From NCBI GenBank assembly GCA_002633005.1, contig NMRA01000027.1:25656-89655 (forward strand): 64,000 bases of DNA. The letters run 5' to 3'. Below the pieces are notes generated by a model. The model saw only the letters and a program-made list of their open reading frames with translations, was not told the origin of the DNA and searched no databases. The stretch comes from Phoronis australis. Its lineage: Eukaryota > Animalia > Phoronida. The position numbers and the translations under genes were made by a program. This document shows positions 25,101 through 38,779 of this stretch, in pieces (within the stretch, counting starts at the first letter, position 1; each line of letters begins with the position of its first letter).

Positions 25101-25630
25101 CACATAGTCCAGTGTCTCTATAGTATAGTTGACATGACCTCACAGGACACACTATCACATAGTCCAGTGTCTCTATAGTATAGTTGACATGACCTCACAG
25201 GACACACTATCACATAGTCCAGTGTCTCTATAGTATAGTTGACATGACCTCACAGGACACACTATCACATAGTTCAGTGTCTCTATAGTATAGTTGACAT
25301 GACCACACAGGACACACTATCACAGTCCAGTGTCTCTATAGTATAGTTGACATGACCTCACAGGACACACTATCACATAGTCCAGTGTCTCTATAGTATA
25401 GTTGACATGACTTCACAGGACACACTATCACATAGTCCAGTGTCTCTATAGTATAGTTGACATGACTTCACAGGACACACTATCACATAGTTCAGTGTCT
25501 CTATAGTATCGATGACATGACAACACAGGACACACTATCATACAGTCCAGTGTCTTTATAATATCACTGACATGACAGCAGAGGACACACTATCATATAG
25601 TCCAGTGTCTTTATAATATCACTGACATGA
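25101..25630. repeat. Minisatellite, 55-bp unit x ~9.5
   Basis: Unit CACATAGTCCAGTGTCTCTATAGTATAGTTGACATGACCTCACAGGACACACTAT, degenerating to the right. Confidence 0.95.
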
Positions 25631-27395
25631 TAACACCAACGCACTAATTCATAGTACTGTCTTAAAGATGCATCAATGACAGTGTGTTCCAACTTTGACA
25701 ACTCATCAAAGCAGGACCACAAGTTGTCAACAAAGTAACCTTTCCAAAAAGCCTTTGTCCAAAAGCAAGACAGAAACAATGAATAACAAGAATCACTTGT
25801 TGAGATTCATAAAGCCCTATTAGTTGTCTTGCTGATCACTTATTCACACAGAGTAACATTTATAAACAGCCATGTGCTACATATAAATTGATCAGAAGTC
25901 CCTAGGCTCTCTTTAAAAATGCAACACAGTCAAATCCCAATGGAATAGTATGAAATGACAGGATGAAATTATCATCTAGAGACAAAACACATTTGTGACA
26001 CTTCAGTAACAAGTGGACAAATAGAGGTGCACTCAACAGTTCTATGGTATAGATCTACCAGAAGGCACAGACATTATCACAATCCTTCACACAAGATCTA
26101 CCCTCAAGGATATCCAACCGCACTCTAAGACACTGGTGTGAATTTGTTCTACCAGCATAAAAAATGGTGAGTGAACCAATAAACTAAATAGTGTTCCCTT
26201 AGGCAATACATTGATAAACTCAATAAAACTATTGTTTGAATTAACAGTCAGTGAGGACTGGAGTAATAAATAGTCGAGACTGGCTGATGATAATCATCAA
26301 CTGATGAAGTGTGTGAAGCCTGGAGTGATGAATATTCATCACAGATGAGACTGACTGATGATAATCCTGTACATTCAGTGTTTATGCAAACAGAAAATTG
26401 AAATGGTCAATAATGTGATGACTGCTTCTCATCATATTGAGCTGGCTCTAACACTATGTCTTGACTGCTTCTCATCATATTGAGCTGGCTCTAAGCTCTA
26501 ACACTATGTCATTAGATTGTTGTCAAAGTGTTCTCATCAATTTGTCTTTGTGAAGATCAACTAACTTGTCTCCCTCAGCCAGTTCACTGATGAGATATAA
26601 CAAAACTAATGATTCACAGTCATCCATGAATTGAAACATCTTTCCCAATATTCCTCAATTTGCTACCAGTCTTGACAACTCTTGCAGTTAATTTTAGCAC
26701 ACCTGAGTGTACCTGTCCTCTAAGCACACCTGGGTCTGGTTGAGCTCTAAGCGCATTCAGGGTTACCTATCCTGTTAGCACACTCGAACAAACCATCACC
26801 TGCACTGAACACATCACCTGCACTGAACACAGGGTCAGAAATACCCTCTCTTCAATCAGAGCAGAGTTCTTCTCCAATGAATGGTAATTACCACAAAATT
26901 ACAGGTTCCGTAAACAGATATTTATGACACTTTCACAGAATTATTGGCAGGATCTTATAATTTGCTCACATCAGCCTCTAATAATCAAGATCTTGTCTTC
27001 TTCGGCTGCAACAGACATCTGCTTTGAAGAGCTGAGTCGCAACAGTCTAGTTAGGAGATGAAAACATACCCAACTGACTTGCAAAACTAAATGTCACAGA
27101 CTCTGTTAACACTTTCCTCCAATCACAGAAAGCAAGCTGAGCTCTTGTTTATTAACAAAATTGCCAGACAATGTGTGGTTTATGAATGTGATTAATAATT
27201 CATGGGAGACATAGACTGGTCAAATGGTATCCATCAGAAAGTGTTGTGGCATGAAAGTCAACATAACACAGCTCACTTCCCACCAAGAGCATGATACAGA
27301 CCAGTGGAGACAGACTAATATTTAAGGTAGCACAACATAAACAATAGTATATCGACAAAATTTGGCTTTTAGCTTACTCAGACAATCAACCTCAA

Positions 27396-28432
27396 AGACT
27401 CTATTCACGCGGCGGACATTAAAATCCAAAGCGAGGCTCACTGCCATAAACAAAGCGGAAATTTACATTGCGTGAGTTAAATGGCCGGTCTTAATGGAGT
27501 CCAACCTGAATATTAAATCTTAAAAAATGTGTCAATAATTAACCCCAGAGACGTAGAAAAATACAGTTAAAGAACAAGTCAATGCACCAAAGAGTTGTCT
27601 GACGAAAGGATATATTTTTTTTCCGGAAAACTAGGTTCGAAAACATGAAAGAAGTAAACATGACCAAATTGCGGCGATCGTAGTTTTTACAGATTAGGTA
27701 TCATGCTGAGTGCAGGGTTACGTTTCTTCTAATTCTTGATAAAAATGCTTTCTACACGAACCAGGTCATCTGGTCGTATTGTTGACGAGTTGAAGATATA
27801 CTCAACAGTGGTGGCTCATAGCATTTTGCTGTCATGTGCAATTAGTCTCATCTGGTTTAATTTGTTGATCAAGAGTAGGCCTATTAGCTTCAAGCATAAC
27901 CTAAGTCCTGGCGAGGTAGGCACTACCGGCCGGGACTAACAGTTGATTTGTCATTGATCTGAAATAATACTTGATGTTATTAAATATATATTTTGATTGT
28001 GATAAAAAACTAGGCTCCCAATTGAAAATAAACATTATATGACCACCAATTCTGCTTTCTTGGTTTTAATAATTACGTCTATTTCATGTGTTATATTTTT
28101 CAAATATCAATCTCGACCAAGTTCAATTTTAAAATTAAAACACCTAATCCTTTCGTCCAAAGCATAACCTCGTTTTAGAGCTCAATTTCAGTTAACTGGA
28201 CAGAACACAGTGGCGGATTTAGAGGGGAGCCAAGGGGCTATGCCCCAGCCCCCCCTTAAAATTCTCCCAGATTCTATTTGGCAGTTCAGGAGCGCGAATT
28301 TCTGATGGGCAAAATCCTGGCTAATACTCTGCTTTGCCCCCCCCCCAACTCAAAGTCCTGGATCCCCCTGGAACAAGCATAGTTATCATGTTTCTTCAGA
28401 GGCCTTGTTCATATCCGAGGGGAAACGTGCCT
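27396..28432 (-). mobile_element. Inverted partial copy of the 20492-21970 element
   Basis: Reverse complement of ~21150-21970, e.g. TTCACGCGGCGGACATTAAAATCCAAAGCGAGGCTCACTG. Confidence 0.85.
28208..28370. mobile_element. 163-bp GC-rich MITE with 5-bp TSD
   Basis: Ends CAGTGGCGGAT...GGATCCCCCTG; TSD GAACA. It is absent from the sister copy at ~21200. Confidence 0.8.
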
Positions 28433-31400
28433 CATGCGTGTGAGTGTCCAGGGTAGCAGATGCACTGTTGTTAACTCAAAAAGCCAGAGGCTGAATTGTT
28501 GCAGTCAGTGCCTGTTGAGGTTTGAAAGGCCAGGGGCCAACCTCACTCTGCAGTCGGCAGAGGTACAGGCTAGCATTATTTGCATGCAAATGCATAATTT
28601 GAGATGGGTGCTGTCTGAGAAGGTCATCCAGGAGTGGATTCTGCAGGAGAAAATCAATTGTCTCAGATTGTCAGAGATCGGTCTAGGTATCAATTGGAGG
28701 ACATGAAGTCAAAGTCATGTATGGAGGCAGTTGGTCTTGTGTAAATAGCTGTGTATTGTCACAGCATTGTGATATACTGGTGCAATTGTAAAGGAAACAT
28801 GGTTAAAAAGCAAGTATTCGCAAGAACTCTCCAGGACTGGACCAAGGCAATAGCTTTTCTTTAAAGTGACAGTGTTTACCATTTGCTTAATTACGTAACA
28901 TGCATGCATGTCATTGTCTCGTTGATTCACAATTGTTCATGTCGTCTGGTGCACACTAAGAATCATGCTCACATGTTATTGTACACTATATTTTCATAAT
29001 AAACATTAAAAAACGATGTGGTAAGTACTCTCATATTGGAACAGGATAACATACTAATTAACTTCCCTAAGCACATACAGTAAATCAGATCACAATTCAC
29101 AACCTCATAAGCTATTATTTGGAAAACGGCTGTTGTAGTGCCATTTTGCTTATGATTTTGTACCAATAACTATTAAATAGCTCATTATGATATTGTACCA
29201 ATAACTAATTAAAAGAACAGTTGTCTGACTGGTAATTCTTGAATATCTCGTGAACATTAAGTTCTATCACAAAACAACAAAATTCAGAAAAATCCCTCCC
29301 AATTCGCTTTAGGTGGGAAGCTCGGATTTTGAAGAATTCCCTTAACTTTGTGAATAATGTTTCCACCTACCTTTTTAGCCCTTACGAATAATTTTGTTTC
29401 TTCAATGGCTGGTTTCAACCGAAAAAAATCCTTCTCATTCGAGTCTGAAATATCTACGACGTAGGCTGACTGAAAGTTGGCAGCAGTGAGGAGAGGGTGA
29501 ACCGCTAAGGCCTAGGGAACATCGAGCCGCAAATTATCAGAACTGAGACTTCGTGTCGCAGTTTTGGAGTAGTTTAGATTTTTTAAAAGAGCAGGAGGCC
29601 CAATTTCAGTGTCAAATTAGCACCCAAATAGCTTATCTACAGTCAAGCCGCCATACTCTTACACTTTTTACTGTCACTGTTCTCTTTTGATATGCGACTT
29701 TGGTTTGGTGCGCGCGCGAGTTCCCACGCTCTGGAGTGCAAGTTTCCTTGACTGCATATGTGAGTGACAGGTGACTCATGCGCATGCTCAACCCCGGACA
29801 GGTCTTGAGAATTTGTCAGCCACCGTCTTTTGCCATAAAAAACGAGACGCACATTGAAACAGGTCGTTATAATTGCCGCCATTTCCAAGTCACGATCGTT
29901 TGCGAGGACATTATGCGCAAACAGCGGGACCAAACAGTGTCACAGTACGATATTGTAGGTGATATTATAATAGGATAATCTGGAAATCTTATAATTATGT
30001 AAAATAAAAATGTTTTTCCACAACAAAATTTGGTAAGTTGATCATTTAACAATGAATAGAAACATTGCTGTTTTGTGACGTTTTATCACATATATATGCC
30101 GTGGTCCAGGTCGCATGTTACGACTTAATACAAGATGACCAAAATCTCGGCTCGCAGTTTCAAAATTCAGGTCGGCAATGCAACTTACAGCTTGTTATGC
30201 CTAGCGCTGAGTACCGTTTACAACACTGACTCCGTAAGGACGCTTTGCTTGTTGGAACTCGTCACTAATGTAGTCGTATAACAAACCACTGGTGCTGGTT
30301 ACCCTAATAATGGGGGCTTCGTCTTCGAATTATTTTTACCGACACAAGGTATGTGTATGAACTTTTAACTTATTTCTCAGACTCTACTGTAGACTCATCC
30401 CATACACAGTGTTAGTATTTTTTAGAATTAAAATCTTAAGAACTTGTTTTAGAGTAATGCCTTTGCTGTAACTTTTGATTGACGACTGGCTTATGTCTGC
30501 GTACCTCCGCTGGCCAACCAACATAAAAAACAGCCGCAGCACCTTCAGTACGTTGAAAATGTCATTGAATCATGGAGTCTCTACATGCCAAACACAAAAA
30601 CACCTGAATTAGTTTTTCAAACTTTAATTACAAATAACTGCTCTCTAACACGTGACTCAGCTGTGACCTATGCAGCACGTGAAGCTTGCATGTGCACACT
30701 TTGCACTATCACATCAGTGAGGATAGTTGCAATCAAAAGTGGAGCACTGCATAGTCACTGCATGGTTGTCTGCGCTCTACAGACACAGCTTTTAACAAGA
30801 CCGCAGGACGGCACGGGCAATTGACTCAGCAAATTTGTAAATTTAACTGAAATGATTAATCTGAGGGCAGCAGAACCCTTAAGATCATCCACTCTTATGA
30901 CACTTTTAATGCCATTTGGTGACATGGTGATTAAGTTCAGAAAAGTGCTACACATTCCAACTACGTGTGGGGATTGGGATCATGAGGTAAGATTAACCGA
31001 CCACCCCAGTTGTCTGTCATAATAAGCGCCCATGTTTGGTTAACCGCCCACCCGCGATTTCTTGAAATTTCACGTTTAAGGGCCCATGTCTGGTTAACCG
31101 CCCACCCCCGATTTTTTGGGTTTGCCAATTTAACCGCCCTGGGGCGTTAACCCGAATGTTTACGTATTTCTTTCTGTGTTGAACAGCCAACTCCGAACTC
31201 CCAGAATTTTTTCAAAGCACATGCTCAATAATCTGACGATACTCCTATCAGGCAATAGGGGTGGTCAGTCGACTGCAAAAATAATGAAGCAAAAACACAT
31301 CATGTAAAAAGTCAACAGGCAAATCAAGAATTGAAAAAATAAGTTTTTGACCACGTAGAAGTGAATAGAGTGTTCGATTTACGCTTAATTACAAGTTGAT

Positions 31401-31471
31401 TTCTTGCGCTGTTGCTTTTGGTTGAGCGCTTCCATTTCAGTGTCATGAGTGTCATTAAAACATGCGTAATT

Positions 31472-32158
31472 AACGAAGACACGGAACAATGGCCCGTATC
31501 TGCTTGTATTAAAAAAATGCATATAACGAAGACACGGAACAATGGCCCGTATCTGCTTGTATTAAAAAAATGCATATAACGAAGACACGGAACAATGGCC
31601 CGTATCTGCTTGTATTAAAAAAATGCATATAACGAAGACACGGAACAATGGCCCGTATCTGCTTGTATTAAAAAAATGCATATAACGAAGACACGGAACA
31701 ATGGCCCGTATCTGCTTGTATTAAAAAAATGCATATAACGAAGACACGGAACAATGGCCCGTATCTGCTTGTATTAAAAAAATGCATATAACGAAGACAC
31801 GGAACAATGGCCCGTATCTGCTTGTATTAAAAAAATGCATATAACGAAGACACGGAACAATGGCCCGTATCTGCTTGTATTAAAAAAATGCATATAACGA
31901 AGACACGGAACAATGGCCCGTATCTGCTTGTATTAAAAAAATGCATATAACGAAGACACGGAACAATGGCCCGTATCTGCTTGTATTAAAAAAATGCATA
32001 TAACGAAGACACGGAACAATGGCCCGTATCTGCTTGTATTAAAAAAATGCATATAACGAAGACACGGAACAATGGCCCGTATCTGCTTGTATTAAAAAAA
32101 TGCATATAACGAAGACACGGAACAATGGCCCGTATCTGCTTGTATTAAAAAAATGCAT
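31472..32158. repeat. Perfect minisatellite, 53-bp unit x 13
   Basis: Unit AACGAAGACACGGAACAATGGCCCGTATCTGCTTGTATTAAAAAAATGCATAT with no visible variants. It lies between Tc2/pogo-like termini (30990-31167, 32780-32843). Confidence 0.97.
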
Positions 32159-32846
32159 CCAAAATAATGTTGGTGTAGTTTCCAAAATCATTGTTCATGC
32201 ACCACCGAGTGTGCTCGTGTTTTTTTATTTCATTGCCCAGGGTGGTGATGTTTCGTGTACTGTCACGGGGAATACAAAAAGGTAGGCAGCGGACTTGAAA
32301 TTTTTGTCTAGTACCCATTTGTTTGTTCTTCCACGCAGTGCTGTAGTGGTAAAATTAGAGGTAAGTTAAGGTGCCCAAAGCCCACAGTATCACCTTCAGC
32401 ACTTAACATAACTTACAGTGCGTAGGTGCTACGTTCAAATGCCAAAAGGTGGTTGTCTGCGCCTATGAGCACCTACGCCCAACTACAGCACTCATTCCAT
32501 GGCAATGAAATACATTCGACAAGTGCTGTCTCAATGATCAGTACATGCTGACATGAGTTGTACACATAAGCCAAAGGAAACAATTGTGTCTCCTTCAGTA
32601 AATAGCATAAGAACACGGGTATTTTACCGCCATAGTAAAGCAAGTTCCTGGTTCCGCTAAAACTGATTGTCATTGAAAAGTTAGCGAGTTGCGGACGTTT
32701 TGGAATCTTAGTTTTGCGAGACGAATGTTCACAAAAGCACTCACACTTTTAAGGAGGTCTTGATCATAAAAAAATTGGGGGTGGGCGGTAAGCCGAGCAT
32801 GGGCGGTAAGCCGAGCATGGGCGGTAACCTGGACGAGTATGGTAAA

Positions 32847-33200
32847 ACTTACTTTATCAACACAGAACTCTTGTACTGGGTGATTATGAGTTAACTTCAG
32901 ACTTACTACATAAACACGGACCTCAGGTGTACTGGATGAATACGATTTAACATAAGACTTACTTCACAGAGCCCTGAGTTGTACTACTGAGGTGATTATG
33001 AGTTAACATAAGACTTACTATGTCAACACAAACCTCAGTTGTACTGGGTGACTATGAGTTAATTTCAGACTTACTACATCAACACAGACCTCAGTTGTAC
33101 TGGGTCAAAATGAGTTATCATAAGACTTACTTCATTAACACAGACCTCAGTTGTACTGGGTGAATATGATTTAACATAAGACTTACTTCATTAAACCTTG
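32847..33200. repeat. Degenerate ~55-bp tandem repeat x ~6
   Basis: Recurring AGACTTACT..CACAGACCTCAGTTGTACTGGGTGA..ATGAGTTAAC. Confidence 0.85.
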
Positions 33201-34584
33201 TATTATAATCCACAAGTACAAGTTAACATAACAGTTTATCAGTTGACCTCATGAGTACATGAGACTGCACCACAAATGATCAGGGAGTGAAACAATCAAT
33301 GCTACTCAAGAGAGACCTAGATCAGCCCTTATCTGGCCTGATTACCCTAAACTGATAATTCATGCAAGTATTATAAGGCAAAGAAATTCAATCCCTGAAG
33401 AGCACTGTTAACTTAAACGTCATCTCTAAGTGACCCCTACATTGGCTATCAGCGCCATCTATAAGTAGTGATTGGAAACATGTTAAATATGGAATAGTTA
33501 CACTTTCTCCTTTATGCTTTAATCAGCTCAAACGTAGCACAAATGCACAATTTGTCTTCTAAAAGGTACGCCAACTACAAGTTCAGAAATGCGACACTGA
33601 ATTTCACTACATAAGTAGTTATGGTGTGGGGTTACAAATTCAAATTAAGTTTACTTTCTTGAGTTCATAAGAAATTTCATCTTTCAAATAAAAATATTTT
33701 TCTGATCTGCTGAAAACTTTTTGTTTTTCTTTCATTTTGATTTTGAGCACTAATGATACTTGATGCCCTAATGTTTAATGTTGTAACAAAGCAATGCACA
33801 GTCTACACTGCTATAATTTACACTGCTGTAATCTACAGTGCTGTCGCTAATAGTTGCTTATTTTGCTCTAATAATCATCATTCGAATTAAAAATAAGTTT
33901 TATGTCAATTAGCGCACTTAAATGTTCTTTAATTGTCACAATACAAAAATGTTACCGTACATGGGATACATCAGCAATACTTTGCAATTACTTCGAGGAC
34001 AACAGTGCCACCTACCATTAACAGCACCGACAGTTCACTTAACCATCTTCGCAGTTTACATCAACGTTCGCTAATACTGGAGTAAAGTCAATATGAAAGC
34101 GCCTTATGTGTGCACTACTGACAAGGTCTTCCCATAGCTGACAAAGGGAGGTGTTCCCTTTCTTACCTGAATAGGAGATAGTCAACCACAGAGTGAAGCA
34201 TCACTCATATAAAGATGAAAAGAAAAAGTTGTACGGTTGTAGGGTCTGTTCAGCAGGTGAATGAAGATTACATAACACAGACTGAGTGGCAAAACATGCA
34301 AGCTGCAGGCAACATATCAAGAAATCTGTAAATAGATATTTCTAGGTATTGTGCTGATGTCTATTATAAGCTACTGTGATGCTCTGTCCAAGACTGCCAT
34401 TAATTACTCTGCGCGTGTAAGCGCAGTGTACTGTTGTTCCTGGGTTTTCGTCAATTTTATTCTTATTCTTCTTCCGACTAACTTTGAGGCTTAGTAACTC
34501 CAAATTGGGTGCAGGTACGGTCTTTAAATTCAGCATATGACTTTTGACAGTATATAAATTTTGATTGGTTATATAATCATATTC

Positions 34585-35520
34585 CATATTGCACCGGAAG
34601 AGGTCCTCTGGTGCAAAGGTCATATAATTTTCAAAATGCTACTCCTCCTTCAGTTTTAAAGCTATCTTTTTCAAATTCGGTGCACAGGTATAAGTCAACA
34701 TGACAATTTAAAAAATTACTTTTCTAAGTATTCGGGTCATCCAATCAGGTGAAATAGGTCAAAGGTCATTAGGTACAAACTAAAATTTTGAGCTAGATAC
34801 TTCAAATTGACAGCTCTGATTGCCACAGGTAAATCAAATCGAAATCCAAAGTTTCAGGTCATTTAGTGCATACATGGGGTCAATAAGTGCATTTTTCTTC
34901 TGAAAATTCGACCTTTTCAATCACCAAGTATTCTGATGTGTCAACCGTTAGACAACTGTGATTCTCAGCATTAAACACATTTTTCATGGGCTTTGCAATA
35001 ATGCTCAAGACGCTTATAATGCACCGGATAGGGTCAATTAGTGCAAAGGTCATGTAAAGTTCAAAATGTTATATCTCTTACGTTTTTCAAGGAATTCTTT
35101 TAAATTTCAGCACACTGGTTAAGTCAACATGGCAATTGAATATCCTACTTTGCATCGCAATAGGCCTAACCAATCAGAAAAAATAGGTCAAAGGTCATTG
35201 AGTGCAAACTAAAATTTTGAGCTAGAGACTTCAAAATTACATATCTGTTTACTAAGTACGATTGAGTTTGAATTCTAAGTTTTCAGGTCATTTGGTGCAC
35301 TTTTCTTCTGAAAGTTTGACCAATTCATTCATCTTGTATTTTTAAGTGCTTAAAGTAAAACATCTGTGATTTTTAGCATTAACCACACTTTTAATCGAGT
35401 TTACAATTATTCTCTCATCGGGGCTCATAATGCACCGGAAGAGGTCAATTAGTGGAAAGGTCATCAAAATATTAACATGTAATTTCTCCTACAATTTTAA
35501 AGAATTAATTTTCATATTGG
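34585..35520. repeat. ~420-bp tandem repeat x ~2.3 (probably TE-internal)
   Basis: TGCACCGGA..GGTC..AAAGGTCA unit starts at ~34589, 35019 and 35429. Confidence 0.8.
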
Positions 35521-37024
35521 TAAACGGGTTGCTGTCACTAACTTCCCATAACAATTCGTTTAATACGCACGTGCAGAGTCCATTATTGTCACGCCGTGAC
35601 AATAATCTTTCTAGTTGTCATTATGTAGTACCTTATCTACAACTCCAGGTATTTATTAATTCTTACAAAACAACCTTTAACTCACTGAAAGTGCATATTT
35701 TCTGAAGGACCGCAGAATTTGATTTTTGACTGTAAACCAATTTGTGTGAATCAGGTTATGTGGCCATATGTGTTCTTAGTACAATTTCAGCTAGAAAACA
35801 TCAATATTCATGTAGCAGAACAACTCTATCAATAACATGACCAAATTTTGATAAAAATGTTTGGAGTTAAATCTTCAAAATACTGTCATAGTTTTTCTAA
35901 AATATTATTCTGTTATGCAACTTTGAATTTCTTTCCCAAAAATACTAAAGTCTGAGTATTTTTGATAGTTCATCATGTAAATGTAGGACATTTTAAAAAA
36001 TTCATCAAGTAGTTCGAGAACAGTGTATGACGTATATTACAGAAAGTGTCCCCCATCGGACTGGGTCCCATTTAAATTCAGAATGTTCGATTGATTTTAC
36101 ATTAGTCCAGATACTTGCCCAATTCATTTTTAGGAATGTTGTTGACAGAATTTGCACTCTTTGCCCTTCATGTTTGTCATGAAGTTGACATTTCAAGGCA
36201 AAGAACCACTCCATTCCAAAGTTTTCGTTTTCTCTGCAGGTCAATTTAGGCCAAACCTTGGTTGCCATACTACCAATTATATTGGGTGTTATTTGTGTAT
36301 TTCTCACTTAGACCATACTAGTGGGTGCTTTTGGTACATTTTTCTTGTCATCAGCCAATCGAAATGGAGCTCATCTCATTGATTTGTGAGGAGTTTCGGT
36401 GGCTGACCCAACCCCTACTGAAAATATCACCATCGGCAATCTTAAATTCTTAAATTTCGCTATTTCGCTCCAAAAAAGAATGCGTTTGCAATGGCATAAT
36501 TACAAGCTTTTGACAATCCACAGGATTTCAAGAAATATTGGTTTTAACTGGTCATATTCTCCCAAACATTTAAATGAAAAACGCACCTGAATTGGTGTGT
36601 TTACTCTACCTAATTATACATTCACGGTGTTGGATGAAACCATGAGCTCGACGTTGTGCGGTTTCTGCAAAAGAATTCTGGTTGGCTGTACCAACTTCAT
36701 ACGGTTGATTTTTGACTGACATAAAATACTGCCCATAAGAAAGCTGTTAGAGACACCAGAAATGAGACTAAGAGAAAACACTATTTGCACTAAAAAACAA
36801 TTTCTACATGCCTCTGGACCATCAATTTTATCTGCAGTGCTCACTTCTCTGAAAATAGGGGGTTGTGGGGGGACTTGGGCTATTAATGTCACATTCTAGA
36901 CACAACACTGATGCGGTGATAATCAGTGGCTGGGAAATGAGTTGCAAAACCCCAATCAGCTACAGGCAAATTATCCAACAAAATTTGCACAAACTGTATT
37001 TTTTTGTTTATTTACATTTTCTTT

Positions 37025-37612
37025 AAGGTCTTTCATACTAACGTCCATGTATCGATGGTTTGGGAAGTTGCGGTCAGTATGAACACTTAACTCCGGTCCT
37101 GGATCGCAGTTAACAGCTCCAGTTAACATCGCAGTTAACAGGTGTATTTGATAGCGCAGCGTCGACGCTGCGGTGCAGTATGAACGCTTAACTCCGGTCC
37201 TGGATCGCAGCTAACAGCTCCAGTTAACATCGCAGTTAACAGGTGCATTTGATAGCGCAGCGTCGACGCTGCAGTGCAGTATGAACGCTTAACTTCGGTC
37301 CAATCGAAGTTATCGCCAGGTGCCACTGTTATCGTCAACAGTTACAAGGTAGTGCCATCACTAATAGCTGCTTATATTTTGCTTTAAAAATAAGTTTAAT
37401 GTCACTTAGCACATGTAAATATTTCCAAATTGAAACATAGAAAAAATCTTAGCGTGCAATGCTATCTTGCGATAACTTCGATGACAACAGCGGCACCAAC
37501 CGCTTACTTCGATGTTCATTAACTACCGAAGCCAGTATGAACAGTCCAGTTAACTGCGCTGTTTATGTTGGCACTCTACTCAGACCAGAGTTAAGTCAAT
37601 ATGAAAGGGCCT
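37025..37612. mobile_element. Harbinger-like MITE with an internal ~110-bp tandem duplication; related fragment at ~33850-34105
   Basis: TIRs AAGGTCTTTCATACTAAC / GTCAATATGAAAGGGCCTT. Duplicated AGTATGAAC..AACTCCGGTCCTGGATCGCAG block. Confidence 0.6.
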
Positions 37613-38779
37613 TTTGATATGTGAGATAATTACAGTATACAGAGGGAGATAATTACAGTATACAGAGGGAGATAATAGTTGGTACAAGGACTGACCAACA
37701 AGACTTACCAGTAAGTAGGAAAGACTGCAAGAGGCAATGGTAGTGTGTCAACAGGATCATTATTCAAAGAGAAGCAATTATGTACAGCAGATGAGACATT
37801 TGATTTATAATGGTAGTTTAGTTGTGAAGCTGTTGTGATTACAGGTCATTAGCGTTAGAGTAAATGATTGGCAACGCATCTGCTAATGTTTATTTTGCAT
37901 TGTTGCATAATAAATTCGTTAGAGGACTCTGGTCATTCCCTCTCCAGCTACACACTATCACATGGCATAATTTTAAGCTTTTAAACTAAACCCACATAGT
38001 CTATTCTGATATTGACCGAAGGCTATCCTAACTTGATCTGTACAAAATGTACATTCTCTCCAGACCGCAACCACCTAAAACAAATTATATTCCAGAAATC
38101 CGGTCGTAATGCAGAAATACCCGCAATTGTGATCTTGTGGTGCTCATATATTGCAGAGTATACACGGCAGAGTATAAAGGGCCTTTCGCATAATGAATTT
38201 AAAAATCTTAAATCCAATGCGAAAAGTGATTTAGACTGGTCTAAATTTAGAAATTACAGTTAGTACCCTTGAAAATACCAGCCAAGCGAAGTACGTCCAC
38301 TTAAGTAAGCGCAAAGCAAACCATTTGGTCCAGACTATTTTGCTCCACCGTCCTAAATTCTCGCAACTTCACATGACTGTGGAGTTTTTCAGCCATTTTG
38401 CACACTCTTGACATTGTTGCTAATTTTGTCTATTCCCTGCTCAATGTACAATTTTAAACTTAAACGTGTCTAAATGGCAATTGGTTGTCGGCATAGTGAC
38501 ATCTGGTGTTTTGTAGGATGAAGCTTTTTAAGTTAGGACAGTGGAATGTTAGTCTGGTCAAGTGAGAGAGGTGACAATTTGGTACGGTAGGTTATCACTC
38601 TCATCTAAAATATGTTCCAACCGCAAACTAACTCTAATGTGAAGAACGCTTTAGTCAGCCCTTCACTTGAATTTCAAGAAAGATAAAATTACTGTAAACA
38701 CGCATGCTAGAGACAAACGCTGATTTACATGATACTTCTTGACACCGAATGCGAGGTCACCAGCAGCACAAATAACTTC

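Noticed and set aside
24837-25103. ORF with SHFGM repeats
   Set aside because: It is produced by a short tandem repeat; no convincing splice sites or homology.
29640-29900. NRF1/AP-1-like motifs as an alternative promoter
   Set aside because: Embedded in TE-like sequence with no convincing adjacent donor.
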